A stretch of 64,000 nucleotides of DNA from Piedraia hortae CBS 480.64. Lineage: Eukaryota. Below are positions 23,191 through 34,116 of this stretch, piece after piece. The position numbers and the translations under genes are program-made. The stretch is from positions 1-64,000 of the forward strand of contig MU005968.1 of NCBI GenBank assembly GCA_010093745.1. Direction: 5' to 3'. How positions within the stretch are numbered: the first letter of the stretch is position 1; every line of letters begins with the position of its first letter. Below the pieces are notes generated by a model. It made no database searches, was not told the origin of the DNA, and worked only from the letters and a program-made list of their open reading frames with translations.

Positions 23191-25404
23191 ATGTCTCCAA
23201 TCTCGTCTGGTGTGGAAAAGATCCAAATGGCACTCCACGGCTCTGAGGGTTCCAAGTTGAACGACTTGGCTAAAGATACCAAGGATGTCAAGAACCCGGA
23301 GGCCAAGATCACCACCGATTTCGGTGTAAAGCAGTCCAACACTGATAACTGGCTCCGTGTGGCCAATGAGACCCAAAATGGCCCAATGCTGCTGGAGGAC
23401 CACATGGCCCGTGAGAAGATCAACCGCTTCGACCATGAACGTATCCCAGAACGGGTCGTTCATGCTCGTGGTGCTGGTGCCTTTGGCCGCTTCAAGCTGC
23501 ACAAAAGCCTGGAGCAGTATACGACTGCTGGAGTTCTGACTGACACGTCTCGTACAACTCCCACCTTCGTCCGCTTTTCCACGGTGCTCGGTAGCCGTGG
23601 CAGTGCTGATACTGTTCGTGATGTTCGTGGCTTCGCCATCAAGTTTTATACCCAAGAAGGTAACTGGGACATTGTTGGCAACAACATCCCCGTCTTCTTC
23701 ATCCAGGACGCCATCAAGTTTCCGGATGTGATCCACGCCGGCAAACCAGAGCCTGACACCGAAGTCCCCCAGGCTCAATCTGCCCACAACAACTTTTGGG
23801 ACTTTCAGTACTTGCACACAGAGGCAACCCACATGCACTTGTGGACCCAATCTGACCGAGCTATTCCCCGCTCTTACCGCATGATGCAGGGCTTTGGCGT
23901 CAACACTTTTCGCCTCGTGAATGCCAAGGGCGAGTCATTTTTTGTCAAGTTTCACTTTAACCCCCACCTGGGCGTGCACTCGCTTGTTTGGGATGAAGCA
24001 TTGAAGCTTGCCGGTCAGGATCCCGACTTTCACCGAAAGGACCTGTACGAGGCCATCGACAATGGCTGCTTCCCAAAGTGGGACTTTGGGGTGCAGATCA
24101 TCCCGGAAGCCGATGAACACAAGTTTGACTTTGATGTTCTTGACGCGACAAAGCTGTGGCCCGAGGAGCTAGTTCCCGTGCAGTATGTCGGCGAGTTGGA
24201 GCTGAACCGCAACGTCGATGAGTACTTTCCTCAGACGGAGCAAGTGGCATACTGCACAGGTCACTTGGTTCCAGGCATCCAGCACTCGGATGATCCTCTC
24301 TTGCAGGGACGCAGTTTCTCCTACATGGACACACAGCTTTCCCGCCTGGGCACCAACTGGCAAGAGCTTCCCATCAACCGTCCGGTTTGCCCCGTCATGA
24401 ACCACAACCGGGACGGCCAGCTGCGTCATACCATTACCAAGGGCTCAGTCAACTACTGGCCCAATCGTTTTGAGGCTGTTCCTCCTGCAGCTCCTGCCAA
24501 GGATGTTCAGGTCGAATATCCCGAAAAGGTTGCAGGCATGAAGGCTCGCATGCTTTCCAAAAAGTTCAAAGACCACTACAGCCAGGCACAACTCTTCTTC
24601 AACTCTCTTTCCGAGGTGGAGAAGATGCACATGAAGAACTCTTATGCGTTTGAGCTTGATCACTGTGATGATCCACTAGTCTACGAGCGCATGTCTCAGC
24701 GTCTGGCTGACATTGATCTCAAGTTTGCCCAGGAGGTTGCAGAGATGGTAGGTGGTAAGGTTCCAGAAAAGCCCGGCTTGCCAAATCCGGGCACAAAGGC
24801 AAAGAATCTGTCTCAGCTTGATCTGCCTGCCAAGACGCCCACGATCGAAACTCGCCGCGTCGCGATCCTAATTGCAGATGGATTCGATCCCGTTTCATAC
24901 AGCGGAATCCTCGGTGCTTTGAAAGCGGCCAAAGCTGTGCCCATGACGATTGGTCCAAGGCGGAGCGCCCTTCGTGCTGCTGGAGAAAAGCAGGCGTCGG
25001 TCATGCCAGACCATCACTTGGAGGGCCAGCGCAGCACCATGTTTGACGCCATCTTCGTGCCCGGCGGAGCGGAAAGCATTGCTACTCTACGCAAGTCGGG
25101 CCGGGCTGTTCACTGGATCAGGGAAGCGTTTGCTCATTTGAAGGCGATCGGCGCTGTTGACGAGGGGGTGGAACTTGTCAATCATGCGATTGGACTGGAC
25201 GAGATCAAATGTTCTACAAGCCAGGAGGTTGTTGACTCTTATGGTGTGGTGACTGCCGCCAAGGCAACGCCAAGCAGCTTCAAGGAGGCATTCAAAATGG
25301 TCAAAGGCGCGGCGGACTTTGTCGACTCCTTTTTCTACGAAATCTCACAGCACAAGAACTTTGAGCGCGAACTCAAGGGCCTTCCTCTACAGGTAGCTTT
25401 CTAA
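23191..25404 (+). CDS. catA: Large-subunit monofunctional heme catalase (CatA/CAT-1 type) with DJ-1-like C-terminal domain
   Basis: FDHERIPERVVHARG, RFSTV.GSRGS.DT.RD.RGF, heme-ligand motif RSFSYMDTQ, C-terminal FDAIFVPGG...AHLKAIG. No signal peptide seen. Confidence 0.93.
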   Translation: MSPISSGVEKIQMALHGSEGSKLNDLAKDTKDVKNPEAKITTDFGVKQSNTDNWLRVANETQNGPMLLEDHMAREKINRFDHERIPERVVHARGAGAFGRFKLHKSLEQYTTAGVLTDTSRTTPTFVRFSTVLGSRGSADTVRDVRGFAIKFYTQEGNWDIVGNNIPVFFIQDAIKFPDVIHAGKPEPDTEVPQAQSAHNNFWDFQYLHTEATHMHLWTQSDRAIPRSYRMMQGFGVNTFRLVNAKGESFFVKFHFNPHLGVHSLVWDEALKLAGQDPDFHRKDLYEAIDNGCFPKWDFGVQIIPEADEHKFDFDVLDATKLWPEELVPVQYVGELELNRNVDEYFPQTEQVAYCTGHLVPGIQHSDDPLLQGRSFSYMDTQLSRLGTNWQELPINRPVCPVMNHNRDGQLRHTITKGSVNYWPNRFEAVPPAAPAKDVQVEYPEKVAGMKARMLSKKFKDHYSQAQLFFNSLSEVEKMHMKNSYAFELDHCDDPLVYERMSQRLADIDLKFAQEVAEMVGGKVPEKPGLPNPGTKAKNLSQLDLPAKTPTIETRRVAILIADGFDPVSYSGILGALKAAKAVPMTIGPRRSALRAAGEKQASVMPDHHLEGQRSTMFDAIFVPGGAESIATLRKSGRAVHWIREAFAHLKAIGAVDEGVELVNHAIGLDEIKCSTSQEVVDSYGVVTAAKATPSSFKEAFKMVKGAADFVDSFFYEISQHKNFERELKGLPLQVAF

Positions 25405-25644
25405 GTACCGAATATGGTTAGGCTATGAAAATGTCCAAGCAATCCTTTGTCCGCCGAAAACAGCTGACGTTCTTTGTCTCCGTGTCGTTGTGGAATACAG
25501 TCATGTTATCGTTCCTCGCCCGCCTACAGCCTACGGCTGAAAGCATCACTATTCACGGTAAGCTGCAGAGTTTTTTTGTTTTATTAGACCTTCGATGATT
25601 TCCTTGTCGTCTTTTTGTCATTTGTGACCAGTTGACAAGTAAAA

Positions 25645-27057
25645 ATGGCACCGAAGAAGCGACAATCCTTGGCTTGGGATCGGCATGCGGAGCAGAACAT
25701 TTCCAAATCATCTCCAACATTCGACTTCCAGAATGGAAGCAAGGCACCACGGAATGAGTATGGCCTCTTGACGCCCGACTCTGGCAACAGCAACAAGAAG
25801 AGACGCAGTTTCCAACCAACCGTGGATGATGACATTCCCGACTACGAGACGCCTCCTAGCTCTGCCCAGCTGTCCAGCCAAGCTGCTACCTTTGAAGAGG
25901 CAGTGTTCAGCTCCGATGAGGAAGACATGCCCGCCAATGAAACCGCGCAGGAGAAGACCATCCGCCTCCTAAGTCATCCATCGAACCGGCAATCCCAGCG
26001 CCCTCGTCCTTCGAGACCGAAGACGAGCAGGACATCGTCATCCGTCGTGCCATCCACGCGTTGCGCGATCGCATCTACCAACTCGCCTTATTCTAACATG
26101 GCACTTACTGGCCCCCCAACACAACAGACTCATTCAAAGCCCTCTTCACTCCTTCGGCCAGTCACCCCCAATCCGAAATCGACACCCCAATCCGGGATAT
26201 CAACTACATCAGCATGGGCGGCTTTCCCAACCGGAACCACCCCGATGAGCCGCATACATGGGAGTACGTCCTCCGGAACTGCCTCACTCGACAGAGCATC
26301 ACCATTGACCTGACCAACAAAACCCTCAAAAGAAGAAGTCTTTGACCACATCTTCATCGGCTCAACCGTCCTGTAGCACTTTGAGCTCCAGAACCAAGAA
26401 CAAGACTTTCACCTCGACGAAATTGCTGACGATGAGCCTCCCAATTCCCCAAAAAGTCAACGTCCCCCAACTAACCAATGTAGGCTTCGAACGCGAAGCA
26501 GCCCGCTCGGCAAAATGCGCAACCTACCCCCCAGCGTCCTTCCCTCCACCAAATCAATCACTTTCGCCGCTCCCATCTCCCGGCTGCAACGTCTCCTCTC
26601 CAAAGTCATACTCTTCACCCCCGCCACCTGTTTGAACGAAGCCTTCGCACCCTCACACATGGAAGTTCTCAACTTTTCCGAAGCCCGCCGCGAAGCCTCC
26701 CTCCCTGAAACCGAGGGGCTCGCGCCGCTAGTGGAGGTCCTACTCGCGGATGGGGTTGTGGCATATCGCTCTCGAGGCGGGAAACTGGGACTTCAGGCAA
26801 CGAGTAAAGAGCCCAAGAAGAGGGTTAGGCTGAGTTTGGATGCGCTGCCGAAAGATGTTAAAGCTGCTGCGGAAGCTTCAGAGGCGGGGGAGGAGAAAGA
26901 GAGTGATGGGGTGGGGTCCCGCATTCTGGCGAAGGCGGTGATTAGGGCGAGGTGGGGGAGTCAGGATGAGTTGAATAGGATTGTGGGAACGGGGATATTC
27001 CTTGAGAGAGTCAGGGAGGGGAGGGAGTATACACGGGACTACGTCCCGCTTCGCTAG
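25645..27057 (+). pseudogene. Disrupted hypothetical fungal protein
   Basis: Protein-like sequence continues across frames (..IRRAIHALRDRIYQLALF* ..YISMGGFP..WEYVL.. then KEEVFDHIFIG..), with stops near 26094 and 26375 and frameshifts near 25970 and 26330. May include sequencing errors. Confidence 0.55.
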
Positions 27058-27865
27058 GTTGTGGGACTGAGGGTTTAGGTAATGTTGGGTAGGGTTGTGT
27101 TGGGGTGATAGTTTCGTTTTGAATCGTGGATTTTCAGTTGTGGGTGTAGAGTACGTGCTCCGCTTTTAAGGCTCAGGGCTCTGGGGCATATGGTGGATTT
27201 TAATTATAGTATCTATGAAGCTCGACATTGTTAACGGTTCGCTTTACTTGTGGGTCTTTCCTAATTCTGTGAAGTTGTCTTATAACAGAATGGTGTTCTG
27301 GTGATGCGTGTTTTGGAAAGAGACTTTCAGTGGCATTGTCGGGAATCGGTGAAGCTACGATCTAAACCTTTCTCGATAGTTTGATGATTGAGGGGAGAAA
27401 ATTTTCTTCGCCAAGGCGTTCTCTATGGAGCGGTGTTGGGCTGATGATATGTTCAAATGAATTGTCCAGGTATGGCTCAGATTTTGAGTTTAGGATTGTG
27501 GAAATGATAGCGCACAAACCATAGAGCACTTTGGTGCGGAGATTGAGTTTATTTGATGAAATGTCGTCACTGTTGGGACGTCTGATGGGACAGCGCCAAC
27601 TTTACCAACATCCTCATCGAGGAGTTACGTAGTCTTGGGCCAACGGAAGAAGCCAGCACCGAAAGAACATTCAGTGTGAATCACGTGAGCCGGTTCAAGG
27701 GAATAAACTTTTCCAACGAGTCAACTCAGGTATCCAAAGCCCGAGATAACAAAATCAACTGATCATATTACATATATACATGTGGGCATCATCGTAGTGA
27801 TCATGCAGTGGAAACATTCAAGGAGAGCAGAGTCATGATAACACAGTATCCATATACCTCTGAAA

Positions 27866-28182
27866 CTAACTCTTGCGAGTGAGAATGACCAGTAGCTCAG
27901 TCTCCCCATCGCACAAGCTAGGTGTATGCGCATCGGGGTTTTGATTGAGGGCAGAGCAAATATCCCGCCATGTCCCCTAATCAGTGCCACGCCCTTGCCG
28001 GCAACCTTGGCATATTCTGCTCCGGGTTCGATCGGGTTCTTGAAGAACTCCAATTTCAGGTGGTCCGAGAGTAGGACCTCGATTTCGTCGTCCGTCAGAA
28101 CGGCCACCCCTCTACTCGGCAGGAGAAGCTTTTTACCGGCACGTTGAATGTGGTGGTACACTGGGATCTTGGATGTTGTCAT
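27866..28182 (-). pseudogene. Orphan ~104-aa family, copy 1 (1-nt frameshift near the C-terminus)
   Basis: Colinear with 50932-51246. Restoring one G in ATGGGGAG (~27905) gives MGETELLVILTRKS*, matching MGDTEDLAILVRKL*. As written it reads through to 27763. Confidence 0.75.
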
Positions 28183-28634
28183 GTTGATCTTATGAGTTGA
28201 GTCGAATGGACCGGGGGGCTGTATAGAACCTGTGGATGGGAAGTGTTGTAGCGGGCGATGGCTTTATGTTTCACACTCTATATATACAACCAACTCCGCA
28301 TCAGATTGTCATCTTGTGGGATCTGAATTTAGGGCGTCACAGATCTTTTTCAATCTTTGACGATTTCATGCGGAGTTGATAGTATAGGACCATGCTTCCA
28401 AGAGCACTGTGAAGTGAGACAGATCCACACGACGTTGGTCGAACAATGTATGCACGCAAGCGATCTCTTTCATACCTGCGGAATGCGAATTTTAGCGAAG
28501 CGTCATGAACCGAGACGGGTCGTCCCTTGACATTTTTCTAACCGCGCAAGAATTTTGTCCAGACGGTTCTACTTACAACAACTTGCAATACGCATCTCTC
28601 ACTGTGCTCATTAAATAAGAATCATTACCTCGTC

Positions 28635-29366
28635 ATGTCGCGCACATCGTGCAATTGGTGGAGTTCCAGCATTCACATGTCGGACTCTGTTGGCAGCGAG
28701 GCAGGCTCACCCAGCGACAAGACAGACACCCGCAGCGAAATGTGTCCCTTCAACAAAGAGTTGGATGCGCCTAGTGAGGTGAGCTCCCTCAGCGTCGGGG
28801 CTAAAGTCAACAGCGGGACTACCTCCGCGACCGACGAGTCCATCACCCTGCCTTACATGCCCAATGAAGTATACTTCGAAATCTTCAAGTACCTGCGTGA
28901 GGACAGGAAAAATCTTTATAACGCCATCAGGGTGAGTAAAACTTGGGCGGGGTTCGCCAAGAGTGCTCTTTGGCGCAGCATCCATCCGACAGTCTTAGCA
29001 ATGCTCTCTGCCTCGAGGAAGGAAAAGTATAGAAAGTTTGTTCGAGAGCTTCAATTCACTACGGCTGAAGTGAAGCGAAATAAGCTCATAAGCAGCCAGG
29101 CCATCCGCGCCACTCTCCCTTTCTTCAATGCGATTCACTTGACAATCGTGGAGGAGAATCCGTGCATGGCCACATTCCGGCGATCCAATCACCTGGAAGA
29201 CATTCCCATAGATATCGGTCATCTGACTGTTGTTGGAAATGTTGCAGACTGGTCTGTCTACATCGCAAAGCTCCGTCGACTCACAAGCCTGAAGAGCGTC
29301 GTGTCCCGCAAGCCTGAACCAAACGACTATCGTAAGATGACGACGAAGCCGGATGACTTTAGCTAG
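28635..29366 (+). CDS. F-box protein, lineage-specific, 243 aa
   Basis: LPYMPNEVYFEIFKYL...LYNAIRVSKTWAGFAKSALWRSI fits the F-box consensus. Paralog at 52389-53345. Confidence 0.8.
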   Translation: MSRTSCNWWSSSIHMSDSVGSEAGSPSDKTDTRSEMCPFNKELDAPSEVSSLSVGAKVNSGTTSATDESITLPYMPNEVYFEIFKYLREDRKNLYNAIRVSKTWAGFAKSALWRSIHPTVLAMLSASRKEKYRKFVRELQFTTAEVKRNKLISSQAIRATLPFFNAIHLTIVEENPCMATFRRSNHLEDIPIDIGHLTVVGNVADWSVYIAKLRRLTSLKSVVSRKPEPNDYRKMTTKPDDFS

Positions 29367-29704
29367 TTGTCTGCACGGATAGAAGGCGATTACGTTTTGT
29401 TGTGGTCAATCTACCCTCGACTGGGTATCATGTAGTCAGGTCGAGACGGAGTATAGTAGGGTCGCCTTCATGAGCGTGCGCTGAGTAGAATACCAAGGTG
29501 AGTTTTCACATGCCGCCGGAAAAGATTGTGATAGAAACCTACCCGTGACATATCTGAGACACATAGTTCGCGTAGTTCTATCAGTAAACCATATGGCACC
29601 TTGAATCTACACATTATCCTTAACAAATAGAAAACGCCGAGCGAAATGGAAATATCTTTGAGAAAAGAAGAACTCGAGTCATGAACATGCATACATTTCT
29701 AAAG

Positions 29705-30019
29705 TTAGAGCTTGCGGAGGAGTACCAACAGGAGCTCAGTTTGCCCCTTTGCACCGCCTAGGTGCATGCGCATGGGGGGCTTGAATAGAGGCCGGAGCAG
29801 ATCGGCCGCCCTGATCCCCGGTCAAGGCCACACCTTTTCCGGCAATCTCGGCGTAGTCGGTTTCAGGGTCAATGGAGTTCTTGAAGGACTCTAGCTCGGG
29901 GTGATTCATCAGAATGCTAATAAGCTCGTCGGATGTAAGGAGGCCCACCCCTCCGTTAGGCACCAAAGGCTTTTCGCCGTCGCAGTACTTTGATGATACA
30001 CGAGGATCTTGGATGTCAT
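29705..30019 (-). pseudogene. Orphan ~104-aa family, copy 2 (two frameshifts)
   Basis: MTSKILVYH, -1 shift, GEKPLVPNGGVGLLTSDEL...YAEIAGKGVAL...ASI, +1 shift, KPPMRMHL..KGQTELLLVLLRKL*. Span of 315 nt equals the intact copy. Confidence 0.8.
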
Positions 30020-30229
30020 GTTGATTCTGTGAGTTGAGTCAGGTGGATCGGGAGTTAAATATGATCGGAGGGTGGGGAGTGTTGTAACGAGGAATGGGTC
30101 GTGTCGTTGTGTCATTGTGTTGTTAGACGAATAATCTGTGTTGGTGTGTTGAATGGGATGTTCAGGTGTGAAGTGGTCTGTCTTGAGTAAGGAATATAGG
30201 ATTCTATGTTAAGACAAAGGAAGGCGGAC

Positions 30230-31000
30230 AATGAATTATCTTGGAAGATCTCGAGAACCTCCTGCGACCGATATGGCTCCGAGTTTGGCAGTACTCACCG
30301 AAACTTCTGCATCGAGAAGCTTCTGGCCGGAGAAGACACCTCCAAAATAATCATACCATTTAGACGTAACTTATTTCTACTCTGGGCCTTGCATCGAAAC
30401 AATTCGGTTTGTAACGGAGTATAAGGCTGCCCAGATGCGTAGTTGCTAGTCATCCATATAGAGCCATTCTTTGTCTTGACAGCTTTCGCTTGTGGAACGT
30501 GTGTTTAGAGAGACGCCACTCGCTACCAAGAATTTGGCCTGACGTATAACTCTCACATCATCTGCAAAAGGGAGATCCGCTGCCAAAATTATAGACGCAT
30601 CACGTGGTGTTGAACACGAGTGAAAATCCCGCCTATAGTCTTTGGTTGTGAGATTGTCGCCTTGGTACTTAATATTGATTACTTTTGAACATTGGCCTTA
30701 CTCTGAAAATTCCTCGATTATTGCGAAAATTTCAGAAGAAGGCGTAAAGCAATATAGCCCATTGAGGCAGCAGAATCAACGGCTACACAATTTTCAGACC
30801 TCCTTACGCAATGCCCGTAAGGTGACACAATATATCAAGGTGGTAGAGTCAAGCGCTATATATTTGTCATACCCTGCAGATGCAGCCCACCAAAATGAAG
30901 ACCATGTCAGAGCAGTCTCGTGTTCGCTAGATTTTTCGTGATATGTCTTGACAGCTTGTCACGCCAAAATAGTGCGACTCGTAAAAAGATGACTGGCTTC
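30230..31000 (+). pseudogene. Possible heavily eroded NACHT-WD40 (NLR) relic
   Basis: FEHW..ENSSIIAKISEEGV...TSLRNARK...KVVESSAIYLSY followed by HVRAVSCSLDF*YVLTACHAKIVRL parallels HFLHWIETLGWLGRMDEAV...FLHDACR...IIETAPLQTYY plus the first WD repeat of the 481-5192 NLR. Confidence 0.35.
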
Positions 31001-31072
31001 AGATGAGTGGTGTCGTAGGTGCAGTATGATTCAATACACTGGGCCGGGCCACCCTCTCCGAACGTGCATTTA

Positions 31073-31531
31073 CTAGTGGGCACCTTGGTTAGTATTGGCT
31101 TCGAGTATTGGCTTCGATGTATCAGCCTTTGCCACGACCTGCAACGGCCGGGATGGCTGCGCGCTTGCAGCTTTGTTGACTGAGGCTTTTTTATTTGCCG
31201 CCAGCGGCTTGACGGTTAGTTTTCTTGTGGCATCAAGTTTCCTAGGATTGGATTCCGTTGATTTTGAACTGACAGCCTTAATCACGCGCATTGGAGACAG
31301 CGATTGTTGCAAGCCTGCGGACTTGCTAACCGAGGTTTTCGTTGCTGCTCGTTGCTTGGCGGTGGTTTCCCTTGACTGGACAAGCTTTGTCCTCACCCAT
31401 CCCATACCGGGGTTAGGGCGAATCTCCAGGTAGAGTCACACTTTTTCCTGATCATCTTCCTCAAGCTGCTCATACGTGATACAGCTACCGGGCACAACGT
31501 TCCGTCCAGAGAGAGACACTCCTTTTACCAT
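31073..31531 (-). pseudogene. Small Lys/Ala/Ser-rich orphan ORF with one in-frame TGA and an internal repeat
   Basis: ATG 31531 and TGA 31438-31436 are in frame with the 31405-31073 ORF. Repeat units SVSKSAGLQQSLSPMRVIKAVSSKS and SVNKAASAQPSRPLQVVAKADTSKP. Confidence 0.45.
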
Positions 31532-32673
31532 GGTGAACGCTTCATTGATGAATGGGAGTGTTGTGTGGCGTGTGGTCTTGGTGATCAGTGAAATTGTGAT
31601 GAGGAGGATGTGGAAGCGGAGGAAAGTTTTCGGGATCTTTATGCGCAGAAGGCAGCTGAAAATGGTTAGCGCGCAATCACGTTAACGATTCTCCGATGAC
31701 AGACTGTTACGTGACCGCAGTATACTTAGCGAAATCACCGGGTATACCGACGATGCTGGAACCCGCTCATTGTAGACAGCTGGCGCACCCACGCAAGACC
31801 CTGGAAACACTTAGACCTCTGTACGCGAGGTACTTGTCTCAAATTAAACTCGAGAGCGAATTTGGTAACAAAAATTTTTCAATCACCTGATTGATATTAT
31901 AAGAGAGAGGAGCCTCGATGCATGACGTAGCATATTAACGGGAAACCCCAGTTTTTGGCTCCCTCGTAGTAAAAGTTTTTTTTTTGCTTGCAGCGGGTGC
32001 CAAGACTGACGCTATACGTTCTCGCCCATCGACTACCCTGGAGTTTGGAAATATCTGACTTCTAGAATCGTCAAACCTAACGTTATTAAGGCATAGCTAG
32101 AGACTACAGAGTGAGATATGGGCACGCAATCACATAATACTCCACGAAATTTATCGTGCGATGAATTGAAGAGTTGATAGAAGCTTTACTGCGGGATACA
32201 ATTTGCTTTGATCCCGGCCATGTAAATATCTTCCAGGAAAGAGAGTTATGACAAAAGCGAGTTGATCTGACCAAGTACTACAAGATAGTTAGCTTTGGAC
32301 AGTTAGCACAAAGATTGATTTCTTGTGTAGCTGGATGATCTTTGTTGCCATATTCACATGTGGCTTGGTTACGATGCTTCGATTAAGTAAAAATGATGCA
32401 TAGGCTGTCCGCCAGAATTTCCTGGATGATGATTTGCCAACTTGGTCTAATTCTCAGCAACCTTCAACGTCAAAATCGTCGATATGTTGGTCGAATATGA
32501 TTTTCTACTGGATCATATCCAAAGCAGCAGTGACTAAAAACTTGGATGGAATAACGATGTTGTTCTACTTTACCTGCCTAGGGCTTTTACCAGTCATTAC
32601 CAGGACTCGAATATTCATCAACTGAACCAACACATCCCTCAAAGACGTGATCTTGTCCTCGCGCGTATCCTGC

Positions 32674-34116
32674 CTAAATGCCCACCTTGCAGCAGCAACC
32701 TCCTGTCAGCATCTCACGCAGCAGCATGAAAAGGAAGAACAGTGCCAAAATTTGAGTCCATGATGGCAATAACTGCCACATTTTCATCATATTAATCGTT
32801 TCATTGACTTCGAGAGGCGGCCAAGTATTGCTAGGTGTTTGCGCAACCACACGTTGTTTGTCATCGGGGTTCTTGCTCTTTTGTGCCTTGCGGGGTGTAA
32901 TAGGGACCGCAGCTCCCGACTTCAATGAATGCTCCCCCAATTGGTGTATCCTGACGCCGCGTTGCTCCAGCTTGCTCATACCCATTGTCATATTCGTCAC
33001 ACCCAACTCAACTTCTTTCAACTGCATGTGCGTACTGTTGACCCAGGCATGATCAACAGCTGCTCTACCGTGATGCTTCAACCCGTTTTTCGGCGTTTTC
33101 ACTAGAACAGTGTCGGTGCGCGGGTCAATAATGCTGTTGACAATGGTAGAAGAGCTATCGCTGCCCAATTTTGAACATGGAGCTGACATAGCTTGATCAG
33201 CATTCGATCGCAGGTTCGAAAGGCTAGGCTTGGTTTTATTAGACCCAACGAGTTCACGTTTATTGGACTTTTTAGAACCTTCCCCTGTCTTGTCGCCGTC
33301 ATCTAGGGCGTTCAAGCTGTTGGTATTACCATGGACTCTGAGCGGCGTACACAAGACAGGCTTTTCCTTGTCTCCGGAATGACTGTCAAACTTAGCCAGC
33401 ATTTCACCAACCAAACCCGGGATTGTGCAGTCAGAAGACCTGCCGCCCGACTCTCTCTTCTCCTTTGCTTGCGTTGCGGGCTTGTCAGTGACCTGGGTCT
33501 TCTGTTCTTCAAGTAGCTTGGCGCGTTCGCGTCGTTCCTCCGCAAGCAACATTTTCGTACTCTCCAGTTGCACCGTAAGCCCTGCCACCTTGTCGGCCTC
33601 TCTTAAAGCCCTAGCTTTGTTCTCTTCAGCAAGATCTACAATTTTTCTGAGGAGTCCCGTCACCTCGGCGATTGTCTGCTTGGCGCGGCTTGATTCCCAA
33701 GCGTATTTCTCCTTAGCAAGATCCAATCTCTTGCGTAACTCATCTTTGCTCTTCTCCACCTCCGCTTGAAGGCTACAAACCTCCAATTCAGCGGCGTGCA
33801 GTTTCTTGCTCACTTCGGCATTCTTTTCATCCATGGCGCTGAATTGATTGAACCAGTGCTTTGCATCCACGGCCAATTTCGCGTAGTCCTTGTATGCTAC
33901 TGTTAGGTCAGGCATGTTGTCTAAGAGTATCGGGTTACAAGCGTTTCCAACAAGGCAGGCAAAAGTTCCTTCTACCGGCTTCAAGGGGAGAGGGTCCCTG
34001 TTGGCGTTTCTGTGGCGACTCTGCGCACCTTGCGCGTGATGCTGTTTTGTTGTTCTAGGGGTCCGCTCCGCGCGTGATGGCAGGTGAGGTAGGTGAATCA
34101 TTTCGATGGGAGCCAT
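32674..34116 (-). CDS. Orphan coiled-coil protein with C-terminal transmembrane anchor, 480 aa
   Basis: Long E/K/L heptad region in the N-terminal half. C-terminal QILALFFLFMLL followed by GGCCCKVGI. Confidence 0.7.
   Translation of the reverse strand: MAPIEMIHLPHLPSRAERTPRTTKQHHAQGAQSRHRNANRDPLPLKPVEGTFACLVGNACNPILLDNMPDLTVAYKDYAKLAVDAKHWFNQFSAMDEKNAEVSKKLHAAELEVCSLQAEVEKSKDELRKRLDLAKEKYAWESSRAKQTIAEVTGLLRKIVDLAEENKARALREADKVAGLTVQLESTKMLLAEERRERAKLLEEQKTQVTDKPATQAKEKRESGGRSSDCTIPGLVGEMLAKFDSHSGDKEKPVLCTPLRVHGNTNSLNALDDGDKTGEGSKKSNKRELVGSNKTKPSLSNLRSNADQAMSAPCSKLGSDSSSTIVNSIIDPRTDTVLVKTPKNGLKHHGRAAVDHAWVNSTHMQLKEVELGVTNMTMGMSKLEQRGVRIHQLGEHSLKSGAAVPITPRKAQKSKNPDDKQRVVAQTPSNTWPPLEVNETINMMKMWQLLPSWTQILALFFLFMLLREMLTGGCCCKVGI

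Noticed and set aside
31409..31419. Telomere-like GGGTTAGGG (also at ~26822)
   Set aside because: Short, inside coding-like sequence, expected by chance, and without structural context.
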